A stretch of DNA of 64,000 nucleotides, taken from positions 1,518 to 65,517 of the forward strand of contig CALVUJ010000022.1 in assembly GCA_944363575.1 (NCBI GenBank). The letters are read 5' to 3'. This document shows positions 28,201-38,482 of the stretch, in pieces (positions within the stretch are counted from its first letter, which is position 1; every line of letters begins with the position of its first letter). This stretch comes from an uncultured Bacilli bacterium (lineage in GTDB: Bacteria > Bacillota_I > Bacilli_A > RFN20 > DUOF01). Position numbers and translations under genes: made by a program. A model generated the notes under the pieces. The model saw only the letters and a program-made list of their open reading frames with translations, was not told the DNA's origin and searched no databases.

Positions 28201-31158
28201 ATGCTGCTTTCTAGATTCAAAAAGCTTGTAGCAATTTTGAATGTATTTTTTGTTTGTGCTATTTTACTATGGTTAGTATCGTGCAGAAATGAGAAAAATG
28301 GAAAAAAAGTTCCAATTTATGAAGTGCCTATTAGTTTACAGGCTACATATGGGCAAACATTGGGTGATGTTAGTTTACCAGATGGATTTAATTTTGAAGA
28401 TGATTTGATGACATTTGTAGGGGATGTAGGGATAAATAAGTTTAAGGTTACATATACTCCTGATGATTTAAATAAGTATGAGATAGTAACGGGTATTGAG
28501 GTTAGTATAGAGGTTAATCGTGCCGAAAATGAGTTTATTTCTAATAATCTTTCTATTTTAGGTTGGACATATGGATCGACTAGTAATAGTCCTAGTGGAT
28601 TGGAAGCAAAGTTTGGTGTTGTTTCTTATATGTATAGCGATATAGAAACAGGGGAGTATGAATCTATTGTTCCTATGAGTGTTGGGACTTATTATGTAAA
28701 AGGATTTGTAAATGGGACTATCAATTATACAAGTTTAGTTAGTGAGGCGGTTTCCTTTAATGTTAGTAAATTTGAAAATAATTTCATACAAGATAATCTA
28801 ATTATCGAAGATTGGTCATTTGGAGAAACTCCTAATAAGCCTACAGGGTTGATTGCTAAGCATGGGATGATTGAGTATAGGTATAGTAGTGAAGAAAATG
28901 GAGTATATACATCTACTGTTCCAACGCATGCAGGTACATATTATGTAAAGGGTTTTGTAGAAGGAACTGTTGATTATTCGGGGTTAGAAAGTGAGGCTAG
29001 AAAATTTGTTATTAAACGTAGTGTTAATGAATTTATTTCTAGTGAATTTAGTATAAATGATTGTGTATATGGAGAGTGTAAGGAGCCTACTGGATTAGTT
29101 TCTAAGTATGGGGATGTTGTGTATAAATATAGTTCTTCTATTGATGGTGAGTTTACTTTGCTTGATGGGCAACTTGATGTTGGAACATATTATGTAAAAG
29201 GTTTTGTAGAGGAGACAGTTGATTATACGGGGTTAGTGACACTAGAGATAAAGATGTTTACTGTTAGGAAGGCTGTTAATGAGTTTGTTAATAGTGATTT
29301 TTCTATTGATGGTTGGGTATATGGTGATGAACCAAATGAGCCAAAGGGATTAGTGGCAAAATTTGGTGTAGTAGTTTATATGTATAGTAATGAGGAAAAT
29401 GGTGTGTATACTTTGTCTATTCCTGAAGATGCGGGAGTTTATTATGTAAAGGGTGTTGTTATTGGAAATAGTAATTATGATAGTATAGAGAGTGAAGTAA
29501 AATCGTTTGTCATTGATAAAAAAGCAGTAGCTAAACCAACTGCTATAGAAAATTTAAAATATACAGGTGATGTGCAATTAGGGGTTAATTTTGTGGATAA
29601 TGTCGGATATGCGAAAGTTGATGGTTCGATTGAAGAGGTTGCTGTTGGAGAGTATTTTGCGATGTTTGTTATTAATAGTAATCATGTATGGAGTGATGGA
29701 GATTTGTCTAATACTTGTATTGTTAATTGGTACATTTTGGAAGCAATGAATAGGTTTATTGTTGATAATATTGAAATTGAGGATTGGGTGTATGGTGAAG
29801 AAGGTAGTGAACCTATGGGATTGGTAGCTGAATATGGTGTAGTAGAGTATAAATATAGTAGTGAAGAAAATGGTGTGTATACATCTGCGATTCCTCAAAA
29901 TGCAGGGACATATTTTGTGAAAGGTTTTGTTGAGGGGAATGCTGATTATGGTAGTTTAGAAAGTATGGCAATATCTTTTGTGATAAAGAAGAAATTTGTT
30001 GATAAACCTGTTGCTAAGGAAAATTTAAAATATAATGGAGAAGTACAAGTTGGTTTGTCTTTTGCAATTAATGGGGGATATACAAAAGTTGGTGGTTCTA
30101 TTGAAGAAGTCAATGCAGGTAAGTATGTTGCTGTTTTTGTTCTTGATAGTAATCATGCATGGAGTGATAAGGATACTTCTAGTGTTTGTGAAGTTAGTTG
30201 GGAAATTGCTAGGGCAAATAATAAATTTATTATCAATAATTTGAGTATAGATAATTGGGAATATGGTAGTGAAGCTAGTAAACCTAATGGATTAGAAGCT
30301 AAGTTTGGTGTAGTTGAGTATCTTTATAGTTCAAGTATAGATGGGGTGTATTCATCATCTATTCCAAAGGATGCAGGTATTTATTATTTGAAGGGTGTCG
30401 TAGAAGAAAGTACTAATTATGTTGGTTTAGAAAGTGAAACGGAGCCATTTAAGATTGAGAAAAAGTCGGTTGATAAACCTAAAGAAGTTGCAAATTTGCG
30501 TTACACAGGTTATTTGCAGAAGGGTGTTGTTTATGAGACTGATAGTGGATATATTAAAATTAATGGTTTAATAGAAGCAATAAATGCTGGTGAATATTTT
30601 GCTGTTTTCACACTTGATAGTAATCATAAATGGTCTGATGGCGATATGGCGAGTTTATACACTGTTAATTGGATGATAGAAAAGGCTTATAATTTCTTTT
30701 CTGTTAATGAGTTATCTATTGATGATTGGGTTTATGGAGAAGAGGGTAATTTACCAAAAGGTTTAGAGGCTATGTTTGGCGATGTTGTGTATAAATATAG
30801 TACATCTATTGATGGGGTTTATTCTACTGCTTTGCCTACTGAAGCGGGAATATATTACGTAAAGGGAACAGTAACAGGTAATGATAATTATGTTGGTGTA
30901 GAGGGTGAATCTGTTTCATTTACTATTGAAAAAAAGATGGTAGATAAGCCTAAAGCAATAGAAAATTTAGTTTATGATGGTTCATCTAAAGTTGGCGTTG
31001 TTTTTGAAACTGGAAAGGGTTATACGATTACAGATGGAGCGGTTGAAAAGGTGAATGTGGGTAATTATTTTGCAATTTTTACACTTGATAGTAATCATAA
31101 ATGGTCTGATGGTGATGAGTCTAGTAGTTGTGTGGTGGATTGGTCAATAAAAGAGTAA
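28201..31158 (+). CDS. Large modular surface lipoprotein with 7 A-type (~83 aa) and 4 B-type (~77 aa) repeats
   Basis: RBS ggaggt and lipobox LVSC. GTYYVKGFVEGTVDY recurs 7 times and LDSNHKWSDGD recurs 4 times. Confidence 0.8.
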   Translation: MLLSRFKKLVAILNVFFVCAILLWLVSCRNEKNGKKVPIYEVPISLQATYGQTLGDVSLPDGFNFEDDLMTFVGDVGINKFKVTYTPDDLNKYEIVTGIEVSIEVNRAENEFISNNLSILGWTYGSTSNSPSGLEAKFGVVSYMYSDIETGEYESIVPMSVGTYYVKGFVNGTINYTSLVSEAVSFNVSKFENNFIQDNLIIEDWSFGETPNKPTGLIAKHGMIEYRYSSEENGVYTSTVPTHAGTYYVKGFVEGTVDYSGLESEARKFVIKRSVNEFISSEFSINDCVYGECKEPTGLVSKYGDVVYKYSSSIDGEFTLLDGQLDVGTYYVKGFVEETVDYTGLVTLEIKMFTVRKAVNEFVNSDFSIDGWVYGDEPNEPKGLVAKFGVVVYMYSNEENGVYTLSIPEDAGVYYVKGVVIGNSNYDSIESEVKSFVIDKKAVAKPTAIENLKYTGDVQLGVNFVDNVGYAKVDGSIEEVAVGEYFAMFVINSNHVWSDGDLSNTCIVNWYILEAMNRFIVDNIEIEDWVYGEEGSEPMGLVAEYGVVEYKYSSEENGVYTSAIPQNAGTYFVKGFVEGNADYGSLESMAISFVIKKKFVDKPVAKENLKYNGEVQVGLSFAINGGYTKVGGSIEEVNAGKYVAVFVLDSNHAWSDKDTSSVCEVSWEIARANNKFIINNLSIDNWEYGSEASKPNGLEAKFGVVEYLYSSSIDGVYSSSIPKDAGIYYLKGVVEESTNYVGLESETEPFKIEKKSVDKPKEVANLRYTGYLQKGVVYETDSGYIKINGLIEAINAGEYFAVFTLDSNHKWSDGDMASLYTVNWMIEKAYNFFSVNELSIDDWVYGEEGNLPKGLEAMFGDVVYKYSTSIDGVYSTALPTEAGIYYVKGTVTGNDNYVGVEGESVSFTIEKKMVDKPKAIENLVYDGSSKVGVVFETGKGYTITDGAVEKVNVGNYFAIFTLDSNHKWSDGDESSSCVVDWSIKE
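28516..31155 (+). repeat. Intragenic tandem array of diverged repeat modules in the order A-A-A-A-B-A-B-A-B-A-B
   Basis: Protein-level periodicity. Near-identical 40-nt DNA segments occur, for example around 28930 and 29190. Confidence 0.75.
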
Positions 31159-31175
31159 TGAATGATTTTTGCATG

Positions 31176-31212
31176 GTGCATTTTTTTATGGAATGCACTT
31201 TTTTATTAATTA
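31176..31212 (+). terminator. Intrinsic terminator after the repeat lipoprotein gene
   Basis: Stem gtgcat/atgcac followed by T6. Confidence 0.45.
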
Positions 31213-31280
31213 AAGTTATTATATATGTAGGATAATTTAGAATAATGTATAAATAGGTTTCTTTTTAGTGTAGAAAAGAC

Positions 31281-31306
31281 TTGCTTTTTTTTAGATGTGT
31301 TATAAT
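31281..31306 (+). promoter_or_regulatory. Putative extended -10 promoter (TGtTATAAT) for the P-type ATPase gene
   Basis: TATAAT at 31301-31306 preceded by TGn. RBS gggaggggg at 31311-31319. Confidence 0.4.
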
Positions 31307-31325
31307 TCTTGGGAGGGGGTTTATT

Positions 31326-33201
31326 TATGGGGTGTAAATGTTGTGATGAAGGATCCTTTTGTTTAGAGCATGATAAAGAACATGGTAAAATGAACTATTG
31401 GTTATTAATAGGAAAGATTGTTATAACGGTTATTTTGTTAGTGATTGGGCATCTTTTTGAAAATAAGGGTAATGTTAGTTTAATACTAACTATTATTGCT
31501 TATGTTATAGTTTCTTATGATATATTTTTTGAAGCATTTAAAGAGGTTAGAAAGGGAGAAATTTTTAGTGAATATTTGTTAATGATTATTGCCACGATTG
31601 GAGCTTTTTTTATTGGAGAGTATCATGAGTCGGTAATGGTTATGTTGTTGTTTATTGTTGGGGAGTTATTGCAAGGTTTTGCTGTTGATAAGTCTAGAGA
31701 ATCTATTGTTAAGTTAGTGGGTTTAAATAAGAGTGTAGCACATTTAAAAAATGGTAGAGAAATAGATCCTAAAGAGTTGAAAGTAGGAGATGTTATTGTT
31801 TTAAAGAAAGGTGAAATGTTACTTGTAGATGGCAAGGTTGTCAAGGGGCAAGGGTATGTTGATGAGAGTAATTTAACAGGAGAGAGTTTACCAAAAGTAG
31901 TTAAGGTTAATAATGAGTTGTTTTCAGGGGTTATTAATGTTGGTAGTGTTTTAGAAATAGAGGTTAGTAAAGAGTATAGTGATAGTAAGATTAGTAAGGT
32001 TTTATCTTTAGTAGAAGATGCGAGTGAACGTAAGAGTAAAAGTGATAAGATTATTAGAAAAATTGCTAGAATATATACTCCAATTGTGATAGGTTTAGCT
32101 ATAATGATTGTTTTGGTTTCTTGGATATTTTCAATTGGGGATTTAAAAGAAAGTGTTTATACGGCTTTAACTTTTTTATTAATTTCTTGTCCATGTGCGA
32201 TTATTATATCTGTTCCTATTACTTATTTTGCTGCGATAGGGGGAGCAAGTAAGAAGGGAATTTTAATTAAGGGTGCTAATTTTTTAGATACTTTATATGA
32301 TGTTAAGAATATTGCGTTTGATAAAACGGGAACAATTAGTGAAGGGAAGTTTAGTGTTATTGAGGTTAAAGTTAATGAGGGTGTAGATGTAGATAATTTT
32401 ATTAGTTTACTTTTACTTACACAAGAAAAGTCTGTTCATCCTATTTCAAATAGCATTAAAGATTATTTTAAAGATAAAGTTGTAAATGATGATTGTTTAG
32501 ATGAAGTTAAGGAAATAGCGGGTATGGGTGTTATAGCTGTTTTGAAAGATAAGAGTGTTGTTTATGCTGGTAATGGTAAATTAATGAAAAAGTATGGGAT
32601 TAGTTATGAGGATGTAAATGGTAGTGTTGTTTATTTAGCTAAGGATAATTGTTGTTTAGGGTATGTTTTAGTAGGAGATAAAATTAAGGATAGTTCTTAT
32701 AGGGCAATGGAATTATTGAAGGATTATCATAAAATTATGTTAAGTGGTGATAGTGAGGAAGTTTGTAAAAAGGTATGTGAAGAGCTTAAAATTGAAAAAT
32801 ATTATGCAGAGTTATTACCTGAAGAAAAAATGAAAACTTTAGAGGGTATTATTAAAGAGGGGCAAACAATGTTTGTTGGTGATGGAGTTAATGATACATT
32901 ATCTATTTCTTTAGCAGATGTTTCGGTATCTATGGGAATGAGGGGTAGTGATGCCTCTATTGAGTATAGTGATATTGTTATTGGTAATGATAATTTAGAA
33001 AATATTGATGTGGCTTTTAGGTTTGCAAAGAAAACAAGAAAAATTATTTTAGAGAATTTAGTAGTGATAATGGCTATTAAAGTAGTTATTATGGCTTTGA
33101 GTTTGTTTAGTTATGTGCCTATGTGGCTAGCTATTTTTTCTGATGTTGGGTTATGTATTTTATCCATTATTAATTCCATGCGTGCGAGTAGAATTAAATA
33201 A
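31326..33201 (+). CDS. P1B-type heavy-metal translocating ATPase (CPC motif, Zn/Cd/Co-like)
   Basis: DKTGT, SCPCAII, GDGVND and TGES motifs. The N-terminus is Cys/His-rich (GCKCCDEGSFCLEHDKEH) rather than an HMA domain. Confidence 0.85.
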
Positions 33202-33214
33202 GGAGGGATTTAAA

Positions 33215-34822
33215 ATGCTTATTTTAGATGTTAATAAGCTAGGTAAAGATTTTGGCTATGGTGTGTTATTTGAAAATGTTTCTTTTTCTTTGAATGAAGG
33301 AGAATCGGTGGCAATTGTAGGGCCTAATGGTTGTGGTAAGTCTACTTTGCTTAAGTTAATAGCGGGGCTTGAAAGAACTAATAAGGGCAGTATTAATCTT
33401 AAGAAAGATTGTGTAATAGGATATTTAGATCAAGTAATTGCTGATTTGAATGATCATCGTTTAGTTAAAGATGTTATTAGAGATGTTTTTAAAGATTTAA
33501 ATGAATTAGAAGAAAAGATTAAAAAGTATAGTGAACTTATAGATGATGAGAAGAGTTTGAATAAGTACTGTAATTTAGTTGAAGAGTTTACGAGAAAAGG
33601 CGGATATGATATAGATGTTAAGATTAATACGGTTTGTAGTGGATTAAAGATTAGTAAAGAGTTACTAGAGCAAGAGTATTCTGTTCTTAGTGGAGGAGAG
33701 AAGACACTTGTTCAGTTAGCTAAAGTTCTTTTAAAGAAACCAGATTTACTTTTATTAGATGAGCCTACGAATCATTTAGATATTGAGAGGATTGAATGGC
33801 TTGAAAAATATATAAAGAGTTTTAAAGGGGCATGTATTATTGTTTCTCATGATCGTTATTTTTTAAATAAGATGGCAAATATGGTTTTAGATCTAAGTAA
33901 TGAAGAAGCAAAACTTTATTATGCTAATTATGATGGTTATCTTAAAGAGAAAGAGCGTGATTTTGAAAAGCAAATGGCGAGTTATAAAGAACAGCAATTA
34001 TTAATTAAAAGATTAAAAGAACAAATTAAATATTATTCTGAAAGAGGGATGGCAACGAATAGTTCTACATTATGTGATAGGGCACACGTTTTACAAACTA
34101 GGCTTAATAAAATTTTAGAGAATGCTGTTAAAAGGCCACAAGAAAAGAAAGATATAATAGTAGATTTTTCTTTGCAGGATAAGAGTAGTAAAGTAGTTTT
34201 TAAAGTGGAAGATTTAACGATTAAAGTGGAAAATAAGATTATTTTAGATAAAATAAATTTAACTATTAGTTCAAAAGAAAAAGTAGCATTTATAGGTTCA
34301 AATGGTAGTGGCAAGTCCACGTTAGTGAAAGCCCTTATTGGCGAGCAAACGTTGCAAGTTGAAGGTAACATTGTAAGGGGTCCTAGTGTTAAAATTGGGT
34401 ATTTACCACAAGTTATTAATTTTGAAACAGATAAGAAAAAAGTTTTAGATTATTTTAAAGAAAGCACTTATTTAGATGAGCAAAGGGCAAGGGGAATTTT
34501 AGCTAGTTTCCAATTTTATAAAGATGATGTTAATAAGATGGTTAAAAACTTATCTGGAGGAGAAAGAATTAGGTTAAAGTTAGCGATTCTTTTACAAAAT
34601 AAAGTTAATTGTTTAGTGTTTGATGAGCCTACGAATCATATTGATATTAATACTAAAGAAGTGTTAGAAAAGGCTTTAGAGGATTATGATGGAACGTTTA
34701 TATTTGTTTCTCATGATCGTTATTTTATTAATAAGTTTGCTGATAGGCTTTATGAGTTTAGTGATGGGAAAATTACTAAATATGAAGGTAATTATGAAAA
34801 TTATAAAGAAAAGAAAATGTAA
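33215..34822 (+). CDS. ABC-F family ATPase (two nucleotide-binding domains, no TMD)
   Basis: Two Walker A motifs (GPNGCGKST, GSNGSGKST) and two signature motifs. Start at ATG 33215 after RBS aaggaggg. Confidence 0.85.
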   Translation: MLILDVNKLGKDFGYGVLFENVSFSLNEGESVAIVGPNGCGKSTLLKLIAGLERTNKGSINLKKDCVIGYLDQVIADLNDHRLVKDVIRDVFKDLNELEEKIKKYSELIDDEKSLNKYCNLVEEFTRKGGYDIDVKINTVCSGLKISKELLEQEYSVLSGGEKTLVQLAKVLLKKPDLLLLDEPTNHLDIERIEWLEKYIKSFKGACIIVSHDRYFLNKMANMVLDLSNEEAKLYYANYDGYLKEKERDFEKQMASYKEQQLLIKRLKEQIKYYSERGMATNSSTLCDRAHVLQTRLNKILENAVKRPQEKKDIIVDFSLQDKSSKVVFKVEDLTIKVENKIILDKINLTISSKEKVAFIGSNGSGKSTLVKALIGEQTLQVEGNIVRGPSVKIGYLPQVINFETDKKKVLDYFKESTYLDEQRARGILASFQFYKDDVNKMVKNLSGGERIRLKLAILLQNKVNCLVFDEPTNHIDINTKEVLEKALEDYDGTFIFVSHDRYFINKFADRLYEFSDGKITKYEGNYENYKEKKM

Positions 34823-34929
34823 TTTGTAACTGTCTTAATTTAATTATGGTAAGGTATGTCTTTTAGTTATATAAATTTTATAATTAACTAATCAATCTAA
34901 TTGATAATTTTGTAATTAATGGTAAAATA

Positions 34930-35170
34930 TAAAGGTAAATTCGTAGAGTTAGAGAAGATTAGTTGAGTAGTTTTAGAGAGAGTGATTAGGTGAAAGCACT
35001 TACTAGGAGGCTAATTGGGACACTAAGGAGATAAAATAGGGAAATTAAGTAGCTATTTTCGTGAGTTAGCGTTAATAACAATTAAGAGCATAGATATTTT
35101 CTATGAAGTAGGATGGTACCGCTTTGTTTATACAGAGTTCCTATGTTTTTATAGGGACTTTTTTTATAGA
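34930..35170 (+). promoter_or_regulatory. T-box riboswitch leader, probable GAC (Asp) specifier, ending in a terminator hairpin
   Basis: T-box-like AGGATGGTACCGCTTTG at about 35108-35124. Specifier-loop candidate GGGACACTAAGG. Terminator tcctat...ataggga followed by T7 at about 35137-35168. Lies upstream of the hisS-like gene and aspS. Confidence 0.55.
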
Positions 35171-35182
35171 AAGGAGATTAAA

Positions 35183-36259
35183 ATGAGTAAATATAAAGTG
35201 TGTCGTGGTTTTAGAGATTTATTACCTTTAGAGTTTAAAAAGTATGATTTTTTAGGGGATAATATTCGTGAAATTAGTGATGTTTATGGTTATAAAATGA
35301 TGGATACGGCTTGTTTAGAAGATAGTAGGTTATTTAGTGAGTGTTATCATGATGATGAGTTAGAGAATAAGATGTTTAATGTTGAGGGTAGATTTGTTAA
35401 TGTAGCTTCTTTAAATTATGATAGTAGTGTTTCTATTTTAAGAAGTGTTGTAGAGAATAAGTTATATGTAGATAAGAGTTTACCTTTGAGATTTATGTAT
35501 ATGAAAAATGAATATTATTATGATAAGAAAGATACTAGTAAGGCATCTAAATGTGTATTTGGGTTTGAGTGTGTTTCTGATAAATCGGTTTATTTAGATG
35601 TGGAGAATGTTTTGTTATCATTAAGAATTTTAAGCTATTTAGGTATTAGTTCTTATAATTTAAGAATTAATAATGTAGGAGAAGATAGTGATTGTTATAA
35701 GAAGTTTAAGGATAGTTTAGATGAGTTAGTTATTAGTTATGAAGAGGATAAGAAAGTTAGGGGTAGTTGCTCTACGGGGATTGCTTATGAGATAGATGTT
35801 GATCGTTTTAATGGGGTTATTAGAGGAGATAGGCATGATAGTCTTGTGGAAATTATAGGTGGAGTTAAGGTTTGTGCTTGTGGGATGAAGATTGATTTGG
35901 ATGAGTTAGTGAGGGTTATGGATATGCTTGAACTATTTCCTTCATTTGCTGAAGAGATTGATTTTTATATTATTCCTAAAGGTGAAAAGACTTTTAACTA
36001 TGCTTTGTATGTTAGTGAGAAGTTAAGGGAGTTAGGGGCTATTGTTGATATTCATTATAAAGAATATGATTTGAAGAGATTAGATAGTTTATTAGATAGA
36101 GTAGATGTCATTTATTCATTAATTATTGATGAAGAAGATGTTAAAAAGAAAACAGTTAAGGTATTTAATGGGTTTAGTAAAGAAGAGAAAAGTGTTTATT
36201 TGAAAGATTTATTAAAAGGTTTAGAAACATTAGATGAGCATCATCATAAGGAGGGGTAA
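35183..36259 (+). CDS. Histidyl-tRNA synthetase-like class II paralog (short, HisZ-like length)
   Basis: N-terminal RGFRDLLP (compare the HisRS GTRD motif). Sits upstream of aspS, as hisS does in B. subtilis. Only 358 aa, with degenerate motif 2. Confidence 0.55.
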   Translation: MSKYKVCRGFRDLLPLEFKKYDFLGDNIREISDVYGYKMMDTACLEDSRLFSECYHDDELENKMFNVEGRFVNVASLNYDSSVSILRSVVENKLYVDKSLPLRFMYMKNEYYYDKKDTSKASKCVFGFECVSDKSVYLDVENVLLSLRILSYLGISSYNLRINNVGEDSDCYKKFKDSLDELVISYEEDKKVRGSCSTGIAYEIDVDRFNGVIRGDRHDSLVEIIGGVKVCACGMKIDLDELVRVMDMLELFPSFAEEIDFYIIPKGEKTFNYALYVSEKLRELGAIVDIHYKEYDLKRLDSLLDRVDVIYSLIIDEEDVKKKTVKVFNGFSKEEKSVYLKDLLKGLETLDEHHHKEG

Positions 36260-36261
36260 GG

Positions 36262-38007
36262 ATGTATCGTAGTAAGAATAATGGCGAACTTAGAAAAGAA
36301 AATATTGGTGAGAGTGTTACTTTAGTGGGTTGGGTAGCAAAGAAAAGAAATTTTGGTAATTTAGTGTTTATTGATTTAAGAGATAGGTATGGGATTACTC
36401 AATTAGTGTTTGATAGTAGTTTTAGTGAAGAGTTAGCTAATGTGCGTAATGAGTATGTTATTCAAGTAAAAGGAGATGTAGTGCTTAGGCAAGCAATTAA
36501 TAAAAATATTCCAACAGGAGATATTGAAGTAGTCGTTAAGTCTTTAAAAGTGCTTAGTGAAGCTAAACTTCCACCTTTTATTATTGCTGATGAAACGGAT
36601 GCTTTAGAGGATACGCGGCTTAAGTATCGTTATTTAGATTTAAGAAGGCCTGTTTTACAAAATGAGTTGATGATTAGGCATCAAGTTTGTATGGAAACAA
36701 GGAAGTTTTTAGATGAACAAGGATTTATAGAGGTGGAGACACCAATATTGTGTAAGTCTACACCTGAAGGGGCAAGGGATTATTTAGTGCCTAGTAGAGT
36801 TAATAAGGGTAAGTTTTATGCTTTACCTCAATCTCCTCAATTATTTAAACAACTTTTAATGGTTGGTGGTATGGATAGGTATTTTCAAATAGCAAAGTGT
36901 TTTAGAGATGAAGATTTAAGAGCAGATCGTCAACCTGAATTTACTCAAATAGATATTGAAATGAGTTTTGTTGAAGAGGATGATGTGATGTCTTTAGCAG
37001 AGTCATTAGTAGCTAGAATTTTTAAAAGAGTTAAAAATATTGATGTTAAATTACCTTTAAGAAGAATGAAATATGATGATGCAATAAATGATTATGGCAG
37101 TGATAAACCAGATTTAAGATTTGATATGAAGATTAATGATGTTAGTGATGTTTTTGAAAACACTTCATTTTCCATTTTTAAAGATGTTTTAAGTAATGGT
37201 GGGGTTATCAATTGTTTGGTTGCTAAAGGTGTTGCAAGCAAGTATTCTCGTAAAGATATCGATAAGTTAACTGAGTTTGTTAAGACTTATAAGGCTAAAG
37301 CATTAGCTTTTATAAAGATTGATGATGCGGTTAGTGGTAGTATTGCTAAAGTATTAAGTGAAGAGGAAATTAGTAGTTTAAAAGAGAAATTAAATTTAGA
37401 GAAAGAAGATTTAGTGCTTTTTGTAGCGGATCAAAAGAAAATTGTTAAAGTTAGTTTAGGGGCTTTAAGGTGTAAGTTAGGTAAAGATTTAGGATTAATT
37501 AAAGAAAATGATTATGAAATGTTATGGGTTACTGATTTTCCAACATTTGAGTATAGTGAAGAAGAGGGTAGGTATGTTTCTTGTCATCATCCATTTACTT
37601 GCCCTAAGGATGGCGATGAGGGTAAGTTATTGAATGATAAGGGTAATTGTTATTCTAAGGCTTACGATATTGTTATTAATGGTTATGAAGCTGGTGGTGG
37701 CTCTATTAGAATTCATGATCAAAAAATTCAAGAAACCGTTTTTAAAGCATTAGAACTTAGTAAAGAAGATATTAATAATAAGTTTGGCTTTTTTGTGGAA
37801 GCTTTAAAGTATGGTACTCCTCCACATGGTGGTTTGGCTTTTGGTTTGGATAGATTAGTTATGCTACTTACTGGTACGGATAATATTCGTGATGTTATTG
37901 CTTTCCCTAAGAATGCTAGTGCAATATGTCCAATGAGTGAGTCTCCTAGTAGCGTTAGTGATAGGCAATTAGAAGACCTTGGTATCATTATTAACAAAAA
38001 GGGATAG
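36262..38007 (+). CDS. aspS: Aspartate--tRNA ligase
   Basis: Class II motifs [16 protein letters not shown] and GGGSIRIHD, 581 aa. Confidence 0.9.
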   Translation: MYRSKNNGELRKENIGESVTLVGWVAKKRNFGNLVFIDLRDRYGITQLVFDSSFSEELANVRNEYVIQVKGDVVLRQAINKNIPTGDIEVVVKSLKVLSEAKLPPFIIADETDALEDTRLKYRYLDLRRPVLQNELMIRHQVCMETRKFLDEQGFIEVETPILCKSTPEGARDYLVPSRVNKGKFYALPQSPQLFKQLLMVGGMDRYFQIAKCFRDEDLRADRQPEFTQIDIEMSFVEEDDVMSLAESLVARIFKRVKNIDVKLPLRRMKYDDAINDYGSDKPDLRFDMKINDVSDVFENTSFSIFKDVLSNGGVINCLVAKGVASKYSRKDIDKLTEFVKTYKAKALAFIKIDDAVSGSIAKVLSEEEISSLKEKLNLEKEDLVLFVADQKKIVKVSLGALRCKLGKDLGLIKENDYEMLWVTDFPTFEYSEEEGRYVSCHHPFTCPKDGDEGKLLNDKGNCYSKAYDIVINGYEAGGGSIRIHDQKIQETVFKALELSKEDINNKFGFFVEALKYGTPPHGGLAFGLDRLVMLLTGTDNIRDVIAFPKNASAICPMSESPSSVSDRQLEDLGIIINKKG

Positions 38008-38039
38008 ATTTCTTTAAATATTTTTAAAAATTTGCTAGT

Positions 38040-38217
38040 ATATAACTAGGTTAAGGAGGAACACTTATCGCGAGACATTTAATTAACAGATGTACTACTT
38101 ATATGTGTTGAATACTAACTAGTCTTAGGATCCTAATTATAAGTAAGAAACCTAAACCTTGTAAAAAAGGATAGTTAAACATCTCTTAACCTAAGAATCA
38201 GTGAAAACTGGTTCTTT
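38040..38217 (+). ncRNA. ssrS: Candidate 6S RNA (ssrS/bsrA-like) immediately downstream of aspS
   Basis: The 5' segment taggttaag (38046-38054) pairs with the 3' segment cttaaccta, giving a long closing stem. A terminal hairpin plus T9 lies at about 38187-38223. The aspS-downstream position matches the B. subtilis bsrA location. Confidence 0.45.
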
Positions 38218-38266
38218 TTTTTTCATTAATAAGTGTTTAGAATCATACGATTATATAGGTGATATT

Positions 38267-38482
38267 ATGCTTTATTATGATGATAAGGTATTGGTGGTTG
38301 GAAATTTTAAAAAGATTTTAGAGTTGAGTAATAAGGAAATTAGTTTTTCATTTAAAAGATATGATTTGATTGTTAAAGGAGATTATTTAATGATGCCTTA
38401 TTTAGAAGATAATGAAGTAGGTATTAAGGGGTTAATTAAGAGTATTGAGTTTAAATATAAGATGGTGAAAGAAGATGTTTGA
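38267..38482 (+). CDS. yqfC: YabP/YqfC-family sporulation protein
   Basis: GNFKKILELSNKEISF...DLIVKGDYL...IKGLIKSIEF matches the YqfC/YabP pattern. Start trimmed to ATG 38267 because the T-run of the upstream terminator overlaps the track ORF start. Confidence 0.55.
   Translation: MLYYDDKVLVVGNFKKILELSNKEISFSFKRYDLIVKGDYLMMPYLEDNEVGIKGLIKSIEFKYKMVKEDV

Noticed and set aside
29578-30244. ORFs of 106 aa and 69 aa overlapping the repeat lipoprotein gene
   Set aside because: Alternative-frame or antisense products of the repeat region with no supporting signals.
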